From Candidatus Micrarchaeota archaeon (GTDB lineage: Archaea; Micrarchaeota; Micrarchaeia; Micrarchaeales; Micrarchaeaceae), in NCBI GenBank assembly GCA_030040895.1, contig JASHSJ010000013.1:57414-121413 (forward strand): a stretch of DNA of 64,000 bases, written 5' to 3'. Position 1 is the stretch's first letter; every line of letters starts with the position of its first letter. A program made the position numbers and the translations under genes. Below are positions 1 to 8,581 of this stretch, in pieces. The notes under the pieces are model-generated. The model saw only the letters and a list, made by a program, of their open reading frames with translations. It was not told where the DNA came from and searched no databases.

Positions 1-42
1 TCACCGGTATTAAGCCCGAGCCCTACTAGATGGAGCATCAAA

Positions 43-993
43 TCAATCTTTTATGCCGTCCGGGGTAACCTTTATTATGCATTCTCCTTCTGGCATGTTT
101 GGTGAATCGACAAGCCTGATTATCCTCTTTTCCTCTTTGCTCTTCCTGAAGTAAAGCCTTGTTGTCGCTGCGTGGGCTATAACGTTCCCCCCGATTGGTG
201 TCGTTGGATCTCCGAACATTATTCCCGGATTGTCCATGACCTGGTTTGTTATATACACGGCTATGCTGAACTTGTCTGCAAGCGTTTGAAGCCTGTGTAT
301 ATGAGAATTGAGCTTCTGCTGCCTTTCTCCCAACGCCCCCCTTCCAAGAAACTCTGCCCTGAATAGCGATGTGAGTGAGTCTACTATTATGAGCTTGACG
401 TTCTTCTCTGCTATCAACTTGTCTGCCCTTTCCAGTGTTAGTATCTGTTGCTCTGTTGTGAGTGTTCTTACAACTATAATGTTTTCTAGCACTGCGGTTG
501 GATCAAGATCTTTTGCTTTTGCTATCTCTACTATCCTCTCTGGTCTAAAGGTCCCTTCTGTATCAAGGAATAACACTGCGCCGTCCAATCCTCCCTTGCC
601 TTTTGGCAACTGTGCGTCAACTGCAAGCTGGAATCCGAGCTGCGTCTTTCCGCTTGCAAACCTCCCATAAGCTTCGGTAATGCCATTTGTCTCTATCCCT
701 CCTCCGATGAGCTCGTCGAGCTCCTTTGAGCTTGTTGTTATCTTTCCTATGTCTTTTCTCTTCTGGAGTATGGCTTCTCCTGTCTCATAATTTACTGTGC
801 TTGCTTCCTGAGCCGCAGCTACTGCCTTCTTTGCCGCATCTACGCTTATGCCAGCAAGTTCTGACAGGTCATGCGGTGCTGTTGTTGCCACCTTATCAAG
901 TGAATCTATCCCTGCTGTCCTTAGTTTCTCTGCCGTAGTTTCTCCTATCCCAGGGAGGTCCTCAAGCTCCCTGATAGCCTTATCCTTAGCCAT
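43..993 (-). CDS. radA: DNA repair and recombination protein RadA
   Basis: 316-aa ORF with ATG start. N-terminal helix-hairpin-helix (LEDLPGIGETTAEKL), Walker A GRFASGKTQ and Walker B KLIIVDS give the full RadA/Rad51 layout. Confidence 0.95.
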   Translation of the reverse strand: MAKDKAIRELEDLPGIGETTAEKLRTAGIDSLDKVATTAPHDLSELAGISVDAAKKAVAAAQEASTVNYETGEAILQKRKDIGKITTSSKELDELIGGGIETNGITEAYGRFASGKTQLGFQLAVDAQLPKGKGGLDGAVLFLDTEGTFRPERIVEIAKAKDLDPTAVLENIIVVRTLTTEQQILTLERADKLIAEKNVKLIIVDSLTSLFRAEFLGRGALGERQQKLNSHIHRLQTLADKFSIAVYITNQVMDNPGIMFGDPTTPIGGNVIAHAATTRLYFRKSKEEKRIIRLVDSPNMPEGECIIKVTPDGIKD

Positions 994-1045
994 AAAAACC
1001 GACTATACTTTATGAAAGATTAAGTATTTATCTGATTGGGTCTTC

Positions 1046-1687
1046 CTAGATTCCAGGGTTTGATAGCATCCTAGCCATAAATTTTGTCTCTACCATGTCC
1101 ACAACCTCCACCACTTTGGTTAGCAGCGCAACCGGGCATCCCCTCACGCTTATTTCTATGCCGGTTGAATTCTCGCCGTTCTCATACGGCATCCTTTGCG
1201 GCTTTATGAATGGCCTTACTTCCGGGTCTTTAACTGCCTCGATCTCTTTCTCTAGCAGGCTCTTTGCCTTTTCATACCCTATTCCTAATACGAGAGGCAT
1301 CCTTACAACCATTGAGAAATGGTTTCCGTAGTCAAGGACTACTGTCCTCTGTGTATGGACCATGTCGTTTGTCTCTATTGTTGCTATTCTTCCGTGCTCA
1401 TCAAGTGCATGATACGATGTCCTTCCGCGCACTGGCATGCTGACATAGGTGCGATTTCCAAGCGAAAATTCGCCCGACTGCTCTGCTGTTGCGAGCACAT
1501 CTACTGCCGATTCTATCCTGCGTGATACGGCAGGCTTTTTTCCTCCTTCCGCCCGCAGCCTTTCCACCTCCAGCACTCCGCCCACAATCTCAACATGGTC
1601 CCTTATGGCTCTCTTCCTAAAATCATCGATGGAGATCGAGCCGATGCTGGCCGCGTAAAACCCTGGTTCCTTTCTTCCCAATACCAT
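1046..1687 (-). CDS. hypothetical protein (no family recognised)
   Basis: 213-aa ORF with ATG start and balanced protein-like composition. The overlapping plus-strand ORFs are short and S/C/L-rich. No motif recognised by eye. Confidence 0.6.
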   Translation of the reverse strand: MVLGRKEPGFYAASIGSISIDDFRKRAIRDHVEIVGGVLEVERLRAEGGKKPAVSRRIESAVDVLATAEQSGEFSLGNRTYVSMPVRGRTSYHALDEHGRIATIETNDMVHTQRTVVLDYGNHFSMVVRMPLVLGIGYEKAKSLLEKEIEAVKDPEVRPFIKPQRMPYENGENSTGIEISVRGCPVALLTKVVEVVDMVETKFMARMLSNPGI

Positions 1688-1767
1688 GATATTTTATGGA
1701 TTTTGTGATTATTAATTGCTCCTGATTTGCAAAAACTGAATATTTTTCCCTGTTTTGGCGCTCGGTT

Positions 1768-2448
1768 TCACAGAAGGCCCTCAGCATACACTATCACTGC
1801 GCTTATGGCAGATGCAAGTATCACAATGACCATCGCGCTTCCTATTATGCAAGCAAGAGCCCTCCACGATTCGGTATCATGCTGGTGGGCATACGCGGCT
1901 ACAAAAACGACCAGATCCCACAGCCCAAGCACAAGCACCATGAGCAAAACTATCAGTGGTATGAGTATGAACCCTGCAAAATATGCCGTCAGTACCAGAA
2001 GGATGAGCAGCATTGTTATCCACGATAATGTAAGAAACGGCATCAGCCCGTATACGTATGCCGTGACTGTGTTTGCAAACTTCCCGTTTACCTGCCTGAA
2101 TATGAACTTTGGGAACACATGATAGAAGAACGAGTTTATGTATATCGCTATGGGCTCCGCTATCCAGAAAAATGCAAGTGTCATCAGTATGAGTAGTGCA
2201 GCCCCGTACTGTCCGTTCAGGATCTGCGTAAGATACGGCATGGACGCCAGTATCGGCACTACGAGCCCCACGACAGGCCCTTTGAATATGATCTCGAATA
2301 CGGCTATGAGTATGACCGGTATGACTGACGCGCTGTAGTAGAACTTCACTGCCTTGTTCACTGTCATCTTGGCCCCCGTGTTTGCGACTGGATGCCGCAT
2401 TATTGACAGTGCCTTCCTGTAATCAGCTATTGGGTTTATGGCTGCCAT
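1768..2448 (-). CDS. multi-pass membrane protein, Yip1-domain-like
   Basis: 226 aa with a soluble N-terminus of about 35 aa followed by about five hydrophobic helices. The Yip1-like assignment is tentative. The plus-strand ORF 1727-2122 looks antisense-derived. Confidence 0.6.
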   Translation of the reverse strand: MAAINPIADYRKALSIMRHPVANTGAKMTVNKAVKFYYSASVIPVILIAVFEIIFKGPVVGLVVPILASMPYLTQILNGQYGAALLILMTLAFFWIAEPIAIYINSFFYHVFPKFIFRQVNGKFANTVTAYVYGLMPFLTLSWITMLLILLVLTAYFAGFILIPLIVLLMVLVLGLWDLVVFVAAYAHQHDTESWRALACIIGSAMVIVILASAISAVIVYAEGLL

Positions 2449-2769
2449 GATGCCACTGGTTATCTGATTTATTTAAGCCTTTTGATGGCTATTTTAGTTT
2501 GCTACTAGGAAGTTATTTAATGATTTATTGTTCTAATAGCGTGACGTGGTTCGTTGGATCGTGGCGTGGAGCTGCGGCTCTCTGCAAATGAATTCATAAA
2601 AAGAAATAGTGCCAGCGTGGTTTACACGCTGGCAAGGCGACCAGTTCTTCACGACCTTCCTACAGTAGAGAACCCGTGATAAGTTATGGGTTAGAATAAT
2701 TTAAAAGCTTTTTCGCTGTGGCTTGATACGCATGGTTACAGGAACTATATCATATTTTTGGAAGATAAT

Positions 2770-3516
2770 ATGGATGTTTTAACACTTGACATAAAAGGCG
2801 TTTTCCTTGCATTTCTGATGGCGGCCGCTATGCTTTACATAAGCTCTTTTACACTCATAGGACTTGGCCTGGGGCTGTTCTTCGTAGTTTCAATGCTGTA
2901 CTTCCTTGGGCTTTCTGCAATAGCCACTTGGGCCGGCATGAAGTACAAGATCCTGATCAGGCAGTACCAGATAACTAGGGGTGTCAAGAACGTGCTTGCG
3001 AATGGCCTTGGCCCATTGGTATTTGTGGTTCTCGTGGTCTTCGCGGGAACCAACGTGAACTTGGTTAATGCACTTGTTATCGGATTTGTGGCTAGCGTTG
3101 CAGCCGTCACTGCAGACAAGTTCAGCAGCGAGATCGGCATTCTTGACGGGTTTCCAGTATCTGTAGTAAGCTGGAAGAGGGTAAGCAAGGGAGTGTCTGG
3201 CGGAGTCACCTTAATAGGACTGCTAGCCGGGATGTTGAGTGCATTCTTCATAGGAGGGATACTAGTGCTAGGATATTTCCTGTGGTTCTTCCCCATAGTC
3301 CTTATTCAGGCCGGTCATGGAGCATTTGGCCTATTAGAAATAGGCGCGATGGTCATTGTTGTGACGCTTTCCGGGCTCATAGGAACGGTTGTTGACTCGT
3401 TTCTTGGCTATTACGAGGAACGCGGTATCGGCAACAAATATACATCAAATTTCTTCTGCAGTATTGCGGGTGGCCTTATGGGGGCTCTGCTCTACCTGCT
3501 CATAGCCGGCCTCTAA
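2770..3516 (+). CDS. DUF92/TMEM19-family integral membrane protein
   Basis: The ORF opens at TTG 2758 and the first ATG is at 2770. Polytopic, with TADKFSSEIG and GVSGGVTLIGLLAG segments resembling the DUF92 signature (D-x-x-x-S-E-x-G). Confidence 0.6.
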   Translation: MDVLTLDIKGVFLAFLMAAAMLYISSFTLIGLGLGLFFVVSMLYFLGLSAIATWAGMKYKILIRQYQITRGVKNVLANGLGPLVFVVLVVFAGTNVNLVNALVIGFVASVAAVTADKFSSEIGILDGFPVSVVSWKRVSKGVSGGVTLIGLLAGMLSAFFIGGILVLGYFLWFFPIVLIQAGHGAFGLLEIGAMVIVVTLSGLIGTVVDSFLGYYEERGIGNKYTSNFFCSIAGGLMGALLYLLIAGL

Positions 3517-3543
3517 AGCCACAGACAGGATTAAATAGTTTTA

Positions 3544-3738
3544 TTGCAATGGTTTTCTGAGAAAATGGACGCGCAGGAACCGCAGACGACTATGGATCTT
3601 GACACTGGGGAACCGATACTCGAGAAGACCCCCACTTTCGACAAGCAGAAGGCTATAAAGCGCTGGAAATACTCGTTGCTGTTCTGCGTGGCGGTTGTCG
3701 TCGTCAGGGTCGCGATATACTACTTCTTTGGACATTAA
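3544..3738 (+). CDS. small membrane-anchored hypothetical protein
   Basis: 64 aa with an acidic/polar N-terminus and one C-terminal TM helix (LLFCVAVVVVRVAIYYFF). A strong hairpin follows 4 nt after the stop. The competing minus ORF 3541-3759 is less protein-like. Confidence 0.35.
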   Translation: MQWFSEKMDAQEPQTTMDLDTGEPILEKTPTFDKQKAIKRWKYSLLFCVAVVVVRVAIYYFFGH

Positions 3739-3741
3739 TCC

Positions 3742-3763
3742 GGGCGTGCCGATGGGCACGCCC
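3742..3763 (+). terminator. perfect 9-bp GC-rich hairpin with tetraloop after the 3544-3738 ORF
   Basis: GGGCGTGCC GATG GGCACGCCC: nt 3742-3750 pair with 3755-3763. No T-tract follows, so a terminator role is uncertain. It could be an RNA-stability or processing element. Confidence 0.3.
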
Positions 3764-3961
3764 AGGCTACTCCTCCCCTTGGGATGAACTAAGGGTTGGC
3801 GGTAATTATTTTACATGTAAAATAATATAATCCTTTTTATTTAACTCCAATATCTTGTAGTAAAGTATATATAACCTCTGTGTTATAAACTATCACCGAA
3901 AATGCGCATGCCAGCGCTATACAAGCGGCGAGCTACTCCTAAAACCCAGAGGGATGAGTGA

Positions 3962-4267
3962 ATGAAAGGGCGGCAAAAAGACATAGCGACAGCAATAGCA
4001 ACTGTGGTACATGAAATGAACCACGTATACGGTATAGTGAAGCAAGTGCCGACAGAAGAGCAGCAGTACCAGGAGCTTGAGCAGGAGAAAAAGGACATGG
4101 AGTTCTGCGAAGAGCTATCCGATATCGTCATAGACCTGATAAGGGAGAGGAAGATGTGCGAGTTGTACAAAATATGGAGCATAGGCAGCATATCTTACAA
4201 TATCCAGGCTGTGATAGACTGTGACTCCATAAGGGGCATAATCACTGACCGTACCAGTAGCCAGTAG
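3962..4267 (+). CDS. small hypothetical protein with HExxH motif
   Basis: 101 aa, E/K/I-rich, with VVHEMNHVYG followed by a glutamate-rich stretch. A long T-tract follows immediately. The antisense ORF 3883-4191 is S/C-rich and rejected. Confidence 0.5.
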   Translation: MKGRQKDIATAIATVVHEMNHVYGIVKQVPTEEQQYQELEQEKKDMEFCEELSDIVIDLIRERKMCELYKIWSIGSISYNIQAVIDCDSIRGIITDRTSSQ

Positions 4268-4270
4268 CAG

Positions 4271-4304
4271 TTTTTTCTTTTATTTTTTTATTTTTTTCTT
4301 TTTC
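4271..4304 (+). terminator. oligo-T transcription terminator tract
   Basis: ttttttcttttatttttttatttttttctttttc begins 4 nt after the TAG stop at 4265-4267. Archaeal RNAP terminates at T-runs. Confidence 0.5.
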
Positions 4305-4433
4305 TGTTACTCGACAACTATCATAAAAATGGCGAAAATAATGGTATAATTCCCCAATTTCTCAGCGTCTTTAGGCAGGCATAGCGCAAAGCTTTAAAAA
4401 GGTTCCCAGTTTAGCAACTATACAGGTGACCGT

Positions 4434-4805
4434 ATGGCAAGAAAATCGTCAATGGGAGCATTAGGAGGATTCCTATTGTTCTTGGGATCACTGTTGTACC
4501 TCTATGTAGGCTTTACGTGGTATAGCAGCGGAACCTTGGGACCGTGGCTGTCTCTGGCTCAATTCTTTGGCCCATTCGTTGCAGCTTTTGCTCTGATCAG
4601 TGCAATAGTGCTGTTCTTCATGAGCTTGGCTGGATTGATGGGAAAGACTGGTGCTGGAGATAAGATGAAGACCGACATACTCTGGAAGTTCATAGTCTGG
4701 GGTGGCGCGTTGTTCTTCATACTAACTGCCGGCGGAGCATGGTTCTACTGGGTAGTATTGGCATTCGTGCTAACTTACCTAGGAGCGGCTTCCCAGTCAA
4801 TGTGA
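4434..4805 (+). CDS. hypothetical membrane protein (about 4 TM)
   Basis: 123 aa with four hydrophobic segments and an ATG start. Followed by a weak hairpin plus a T-run (ttttattttt). Confidence 0.6.
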   Translation: MARKSSMGALGGFLLFLGSLLYLYVGFTWYSSGTLGPWLSLAQFFGPFVAAFALISAIVLFFMSLAGLMGKTGAGDKMKTDILWKFIVWGGALFFILTAGGAWFYWVVLAFVLTYLGAASQSM

Positions 4806-4903
4806 AGGCTGCAGATGCACTTTGCATTATGTGGCATCAGCCCGAGCTGTTGCTTCGGCTGAATTTTATTTTTAATAAATAGTCTCGTTTCTGTTTGTTT
4901 ATA

Positions 4904-5027
4904 CGCCAGGGTAGGGATTTGAACCCTAAAGCCCTTGCGGGCACCGGTTGGCCTGTTGCATCATCAATCAGCTCTTGATGATCTTTGATCTCAAGACCGG
5001 CGCATTACCGGATTCTGCCACCCTGGC
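4904..5027 (-). tRNA. tRNA-Ser(UGA) with a 40-nt canonical (37/38) intron
   Basis: Read on the minus strand. Acceptor GCCAGGG/CCCTGGC+G; D-arm GCA-GAATCCGGTAA-TGC; anticodon stem CCGGT/ACCGG with loop CTTGAGA; long variable arm TGCCCGCAAGGGCTT; T-arm TAGGG-TTCAAAT-CCCTA. The intron is about 4949-4988 and contains an 8-bp stem (ATCATCAA/TTGATGAT). Confidence 0.9.
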
Positions 5028-5058
5028 ATCTTATTTATTTGTAGCATTCATTTAAATT

Positions 5059-5745
5059 CTACTTCTTTGGCTGCTGTTGAAGTCCGAGTGTGTATATCTC
5101 AGCTGCGAACTTGTATCTTGATACGGAGTGTGCTATTACCTTTCCTTGGCCTTCAAATTTTGCCAGAAACAAGCCAATGCCACCGAACATGATGGTCCTG
5201 AAATTATCAACAAACGTCACACTGTACTTTAGACTTGGGTCAAATCCTGCAATATGTCCGGGGTCTATCTCAAGTGGATTATCTGGTGTCACTTGGTATT
5301 CTACTATGTCGCCGACAACATTTATGAAAGCAATACCAGGCCCTTCAAGCTTCTGCAAGATAAATCCAGCGCCTCCAAACATGGCTGCAGTTAGTTTTAC
5401 GAATTGCATCGTTATGTTAATGGTGTCTTGGGCTGCTATGAAGGCATAGTGTTCTGCGATGAATGAGTCGCCTTGCTTGAGCTCTATTGGCAAGATTTTT
5501 CCGGGAAGTTCGCCGGCAAGAGACACTGCGCCTGGGCTCCCGATTGCTTCGTATTGCGTTAGGAATGCCGATGCCCCGCCCGCTTCCCTTTTGAAGGCTC
5601 CTATTATGCCTCCTGACATCTTTGGTGTCATCTTCACTGATCTATCTTTGCTCACGAGTTTGCCCGCATCCGCATATAGCTTTTCGTTCGCATCGAGATG
5701 GACCTTGAGGTTTTGCATGTTGTTTCCGATTATATCGTACTTCAT
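5059..5745 (-). CDS. AIM24/DUF124 (TIGR00266-like) family protein
   Basis: 228 aa. The overall pattern (MKYDIIGN...LKVHL...GGAGFILQKLEGPG...FGGIGLFLAKFEGQGKV) matches the repeated beta-rich AIM24 family. Confidence 0.8.
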   Translation of the reverse strand: MKYDIIGNNMQNLKVHLDANEKLYADAGKLVSKDRSVKMTPKMSGGIIGAFKREAGGASAFLTQYEAIGSPGAVSLAGELPGKILPIELKQGDSFIAEHYAFIAAQDTINITMQFVKLTAAMFGGAGFILQKLEGPGIAFINVVGDIVEYQVTPDNPLEIDPGHIAGFDPSLKYSVTFVDNFRTIMFGGIGLFLAKFEGQGKVIAHSVSRYKFAAEIYTLGLQQQPKK

Positions 5746-5815
5746 TCAACCACAGTACGGCATGCTCAGACAATTTAGTTAAACCTAACGTCGTTGTTAG
5801 GAATCTGGTGTTACA

Positions 5816-7549
5816 ATGAACTTTCTATCAATTATATCTAAAATAAGAAACAGTTTAACCAAGGAAGACGACCGTCTTCGACTAAACGTAGGAAAACAGA
5901 TTTCTCTCATGGAATTTCACACGTTTGCTAAACTATACTGGAATGGCAGGGGAACAGTGGTGGATAGCCATCCTGGTTTCCGCTGGAAGAAAAAAGTCCG
6001 CGAGCTTTTCGTTGTGCCAGAAGCAGAGCCAAATCCGCACATGCTGATAGTCGGAATGAGCGGCTACGGCAAAAGCTCACTCCTCAGATCAATGATAAAA
6101 GATATAGGAAGCAGCAAAGTTCCTGCAATAGTTTTCGATGCGCACAACGAGCACGAGTCTACTGTGATGTCGTGTGGGGGGAGCGTATATGACGCGAAAA
6201 ATAGCGGCATAAGCTTGTTTGAGCTTAACGGCTTGAGCATAGCAGAGCGTACAGCAGAACTTGTTATGCTGTTAAAGGAGCTCTACGGACTTGGCCATAT
6301 ACAAGCCACCAAACTAAGCGATTGTATTTGGTACACGTACAGGAAGAAGGGTGCAGCATCAAGAACCGATAGATTCATTGGAAAGGTACCTATGATTTCT
6401 GATCTCCTCTCGGAACTGGAAATTTTCATAAGAAACGCAAGATACATGTCAGAAAGAAACTCGTTGTTGCATCTCAAGGAGCGGCTCTCTATATTGAATA
6501 CACATTCCTTCAACGGCAATTTTGTTGACTTCTCATCTCTTGGATCAGGCATTACTTCCTTCTCTCTTGCAGGATTGAAGAACAGGGACTTGCAGATCAT
6601 CTATATAAACGAGCTCCTTAGGCGCCTATACGTAAACATGAAGGAGAATAAGAAGGAAAGGGGCCTACAATGCTACATAGTTATAGATGAGGCGCAATTT
6701 TTGCTCGAGGGGGAGATGAATAGTGTTGTGAGGAAGATATTTGAAGAGGGCAGGAAGTATGGGGTTGGAGCAATAATAGCGACACATGCCGCATCTTCGC
6801 TCAGCAGGAAGATAACCGCAAATGCGGCGGTGTTCGTAACATTCTACTCGAGAGAGCCTTCAGAAGTTAGCTATGTGAGCGCCCTTTTGTCAGGAGGTAG
6901 GTCTTCCATGAAAGAATTTGTGTGTGGCGCTATTGGCTCTTTGGACAAGAACCAAGCTTTAGTGCTCACAAGCGCGACAGGCAAACTTTCCCTGGTCAGC
7001 ACGCCGAGAATAGAAACCGCTGGGCCTACAAATGTCGAAGAGCTTGAATTCGACATAGATGAAATGGACTCAAGGATACTTAATGCTGCAAGAAAGCCTT
7101 TTACCATTGATGATTTGAGGGTCGCGTTTGGTAACAAAAACTCTGAGTCTGTTGCCTACAGGATTGATGCCCTGGTATATTCTGGCAGACTTGAGCGTTT
7201 TGATGCCCCTGATGGAAAACCATGGGTAATGAGAAGGAAAGCCACGCTTAGCGCAGAGCACGAAGTCATGGTAACTATGATTGCTGAATATCTCAATGCC
7301 AGTGGCATTATCAACTGGCCAAACAAGAACCCTCGTGGACCCGATATTGTTGCATATTATAGCGGGTACAAAATAGCGGTGGAATACGAAACCGGGAGAA
7401 AAAAGGTAGAGGAGACTGCTGCCATGATAAACAAGAGGAGAAACTATTACGACTTTACTCTTGTCATAGTAAACGATGCTTTTTATGGGGCTTTTTCGGC
7501 TCTCTCAGATCCATGCGTTGCCATAGTGGGCTGGCATAACCTTAAATAA
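5816..7549 (+). CDS. HerA/FtsK-class P-loop ATPase fused to wHTH and a PD-(D/E)xK-like C-terminal domain
   Basis: 577 aa. Walker A MLIVGMSGYGKSSL, Walker B CYIVIDEAQFL, and GRKYGVGAIIATH. A wH-like segment is at aa ~430-475. The last ~100 aa read EHEVMV...GPDIVAY...IAVEYETGRKK, a restriction-endonuclease-fold-like order. Confidence 0.75.
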   Translation: MNFLSIISKIRNSLTKEDDRLRLNVGKQISLMEFHTFAKLYWNGRGTVVDSHPGFRWKKKVRELFVVPEAEPNPHMLIVGMSGYGKSSLLRSMIKDIGSSKVPAIVFDAHNEHESTVMSCGGSVYDAKNSGISLFELNGLSIAERTAELVMLLKELYGLGHIQATKLSDCIWYTYRKKGAASRTDRFIGKVPMISDLLSELEIFIRNARYMSERNSLLHLKERLSILNTHSFNGNFVDFSSLGSGITSFSLAGLKNRDLQIIYINELLRRLYVNMKENKKERGLQCYIVIDEAQFLLEGEMNSVVRKIFEEGRKYGVGAIIATHAASSLSRKITANAAVFVTFYSREPSEVSYVSALLSGGRSSMKEFVCGAIGSLDKNQALVLTSATGKLSLVSTPRIETAGPTNVEELEFDIDEMDSRILNAARKPFTIDDLRVAFGNKNSESVAYRIDALVYSGRLERFDAPDGKPWVMRRKATLSAEHEVMVTMIAEYLNASGIINWPNKNPRGPDIVAYYSGYKIAVEYETGRKKVEETAAMINKRRNYYDFTLVIVNDAFYGAFSALSDPCVAIVGWHNLK

Positions 7550-7570
7550 AAACACTTGATCATATCTAGC

Positions 7571-8446
7571 ATGAACAAAGTAATGGCGTTACTCAGGCTT
7601 ACAAGGATAGAACATTCGATCATGTTAATAGTAGCCGTAGTAACTGCCGAGCTTATAGCTGGAGGCTTACCGCCTCCTGTTCGGCTCGCGGCCAGTCTTG
7701 TTACCCCGTTTTTGATAAGTGCAGGCGCCTTTGCTATAAATGACTACTATGATGTTGAGAGCGACGTTGTTAACAAGAAGAAAGATAGGCCCATTGTCAA
7801 TGGCAGCATAACTAAGAATTCCGCCAAGAAAATATCCTTATTCTGCCTGGTTGTAGGTGTCGCGGTGAGCGCGCTAATAAATGTGCCCGCGTTCATAGTG
7901 GCTTTGTTATTCGCGCTTCTGGCATTCTTGTACAGTTACAGGATAAAGGACATGCTGCTGCTAGGCAATCTGTACATAGCCATGACTTATGCAATACCAT
8001 TCATCTTCGGTGCGGTAGTTACGTCCGGAACCGTGCCGTTGGTGATAGCGCTGCTCTGCCTCATTACTTTCCTGAGCGGACTTGCTAGGGAGCTACACGG
8101 GATGGTAAGGGATAGGGAAGGGGATAGAATAGCAAGGAAGACCAGCAATGTTGTGGCGCACGCCGGAGTAAGAAGAACCCTCCAGTACGCACTAATCCTG
8201 TATTTAGAGGCCATCGCAGTTAGCGTATTCTTGTTCTTCTACTTTGTGCCGTTCAGGTTCAACGTTGTTTATTTGCTTTTTATGGCGCTTGCGGATATTA
8301 TCATACTCTATGTTTCTTTGGCGCCAATATTCAAGCCTGATGCAAAAATACTTGTCGCTGGAAGGAACTTGAGCTTGGTTGCCATGACGGTAGCCCTTTT
8401 TGGGTACCTGTTTTCTGTATTGTTCTACCTGCCTTTGGCGTTATAG
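7571..8446 (+). CDS. UbiA-family prenyltransferase, probable DGGGP synthase
   Basis: The ORF opens at TTG 7556 and the first ATG is 7571 (MNKVMALLRLTRIEHS). It has the Asp-rich motif FAINDYYDVESDVVNKKKDRP and a second motif RELHGMVRDREGD, with 8-9 TM helices. Confidence 0.85.
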   Translation: MNKVMALLRLTRIEHSIMLIVAVVTAELIAGGLPPPVRLAASLVTPFLISAGAFAINDYYDVESDVVNKKKDRPIVNGSITKNSAKKISLFCLVVGVAVSALINVPAFIVALLFALLAFLYSYRIKDMLLLGNLYIAMTYAIPFIFGAVVTSGTVPLVIALLCLITFLSGLARELHGMVRDREGDRIARKTSNVVAHAGVRRTLQYALILYLEAIAVSVFLFFYFVPFRFNVVYLLFMALADIIILYVSLAPIFKPDAKILVAGRNLSLVAMTVALFGYLFSVLFYLPLAL

Positions 8447-8581
8447 TCAATTGAAATCTCTTGATAGAATTTTGGTTTGTGCCTGAGGCGTGCGCCGCCT
8501 TCATGCCAGCCGAAATATTCGTGCATGCGGCGTATGGCACTATGGTATCTTCTACTACCGAATGTCTTTGTATCCGGGGCG

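Noticed and set aside
3883-4191. 102-aa minus-strand ORF overlapping the HExxH ORF; also 3541-3759 (-) and 18401-18898 (-).
   Set aside because: They are S/C/F-rich and lack downstream T-tracts on their own strand. The plus-strand alternatives have protein-like composition and are followed by a hairpin or T-run.
4949-4988. Possible box C/D sRNA inside the tRNA-Ser intron, which contains CTGA and TGATGA (as known for some archaeal tRNA-Trp introns).
   Set aside because: The boxes are in the wrong order (D-like before C-like). There is only one of each. At 40 nt the intron is too short for a C/D guide RNA. The sequences are simply the two arms of the 8-bp intron stem ATCATCAA/TTGATGAT.
8447-8581. 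GC-richer 135-nt convergent spacer between the UbiA gene and rps2, with small overlapping ORFs (8461-8643, 8477-8710, 8490-8705, 8425-8622) and a short AGGCG/CGCCT hairpin. Considered as a gene remnant or ncRNA.
   Set aside because: The small ORFs run into the rps2 coding region and are mutually exclusive. I found only weak 4-5-bp hairpins and no recognisable RNA motif. Most likely these are 3' UTRs or terminators of the convergent genes.
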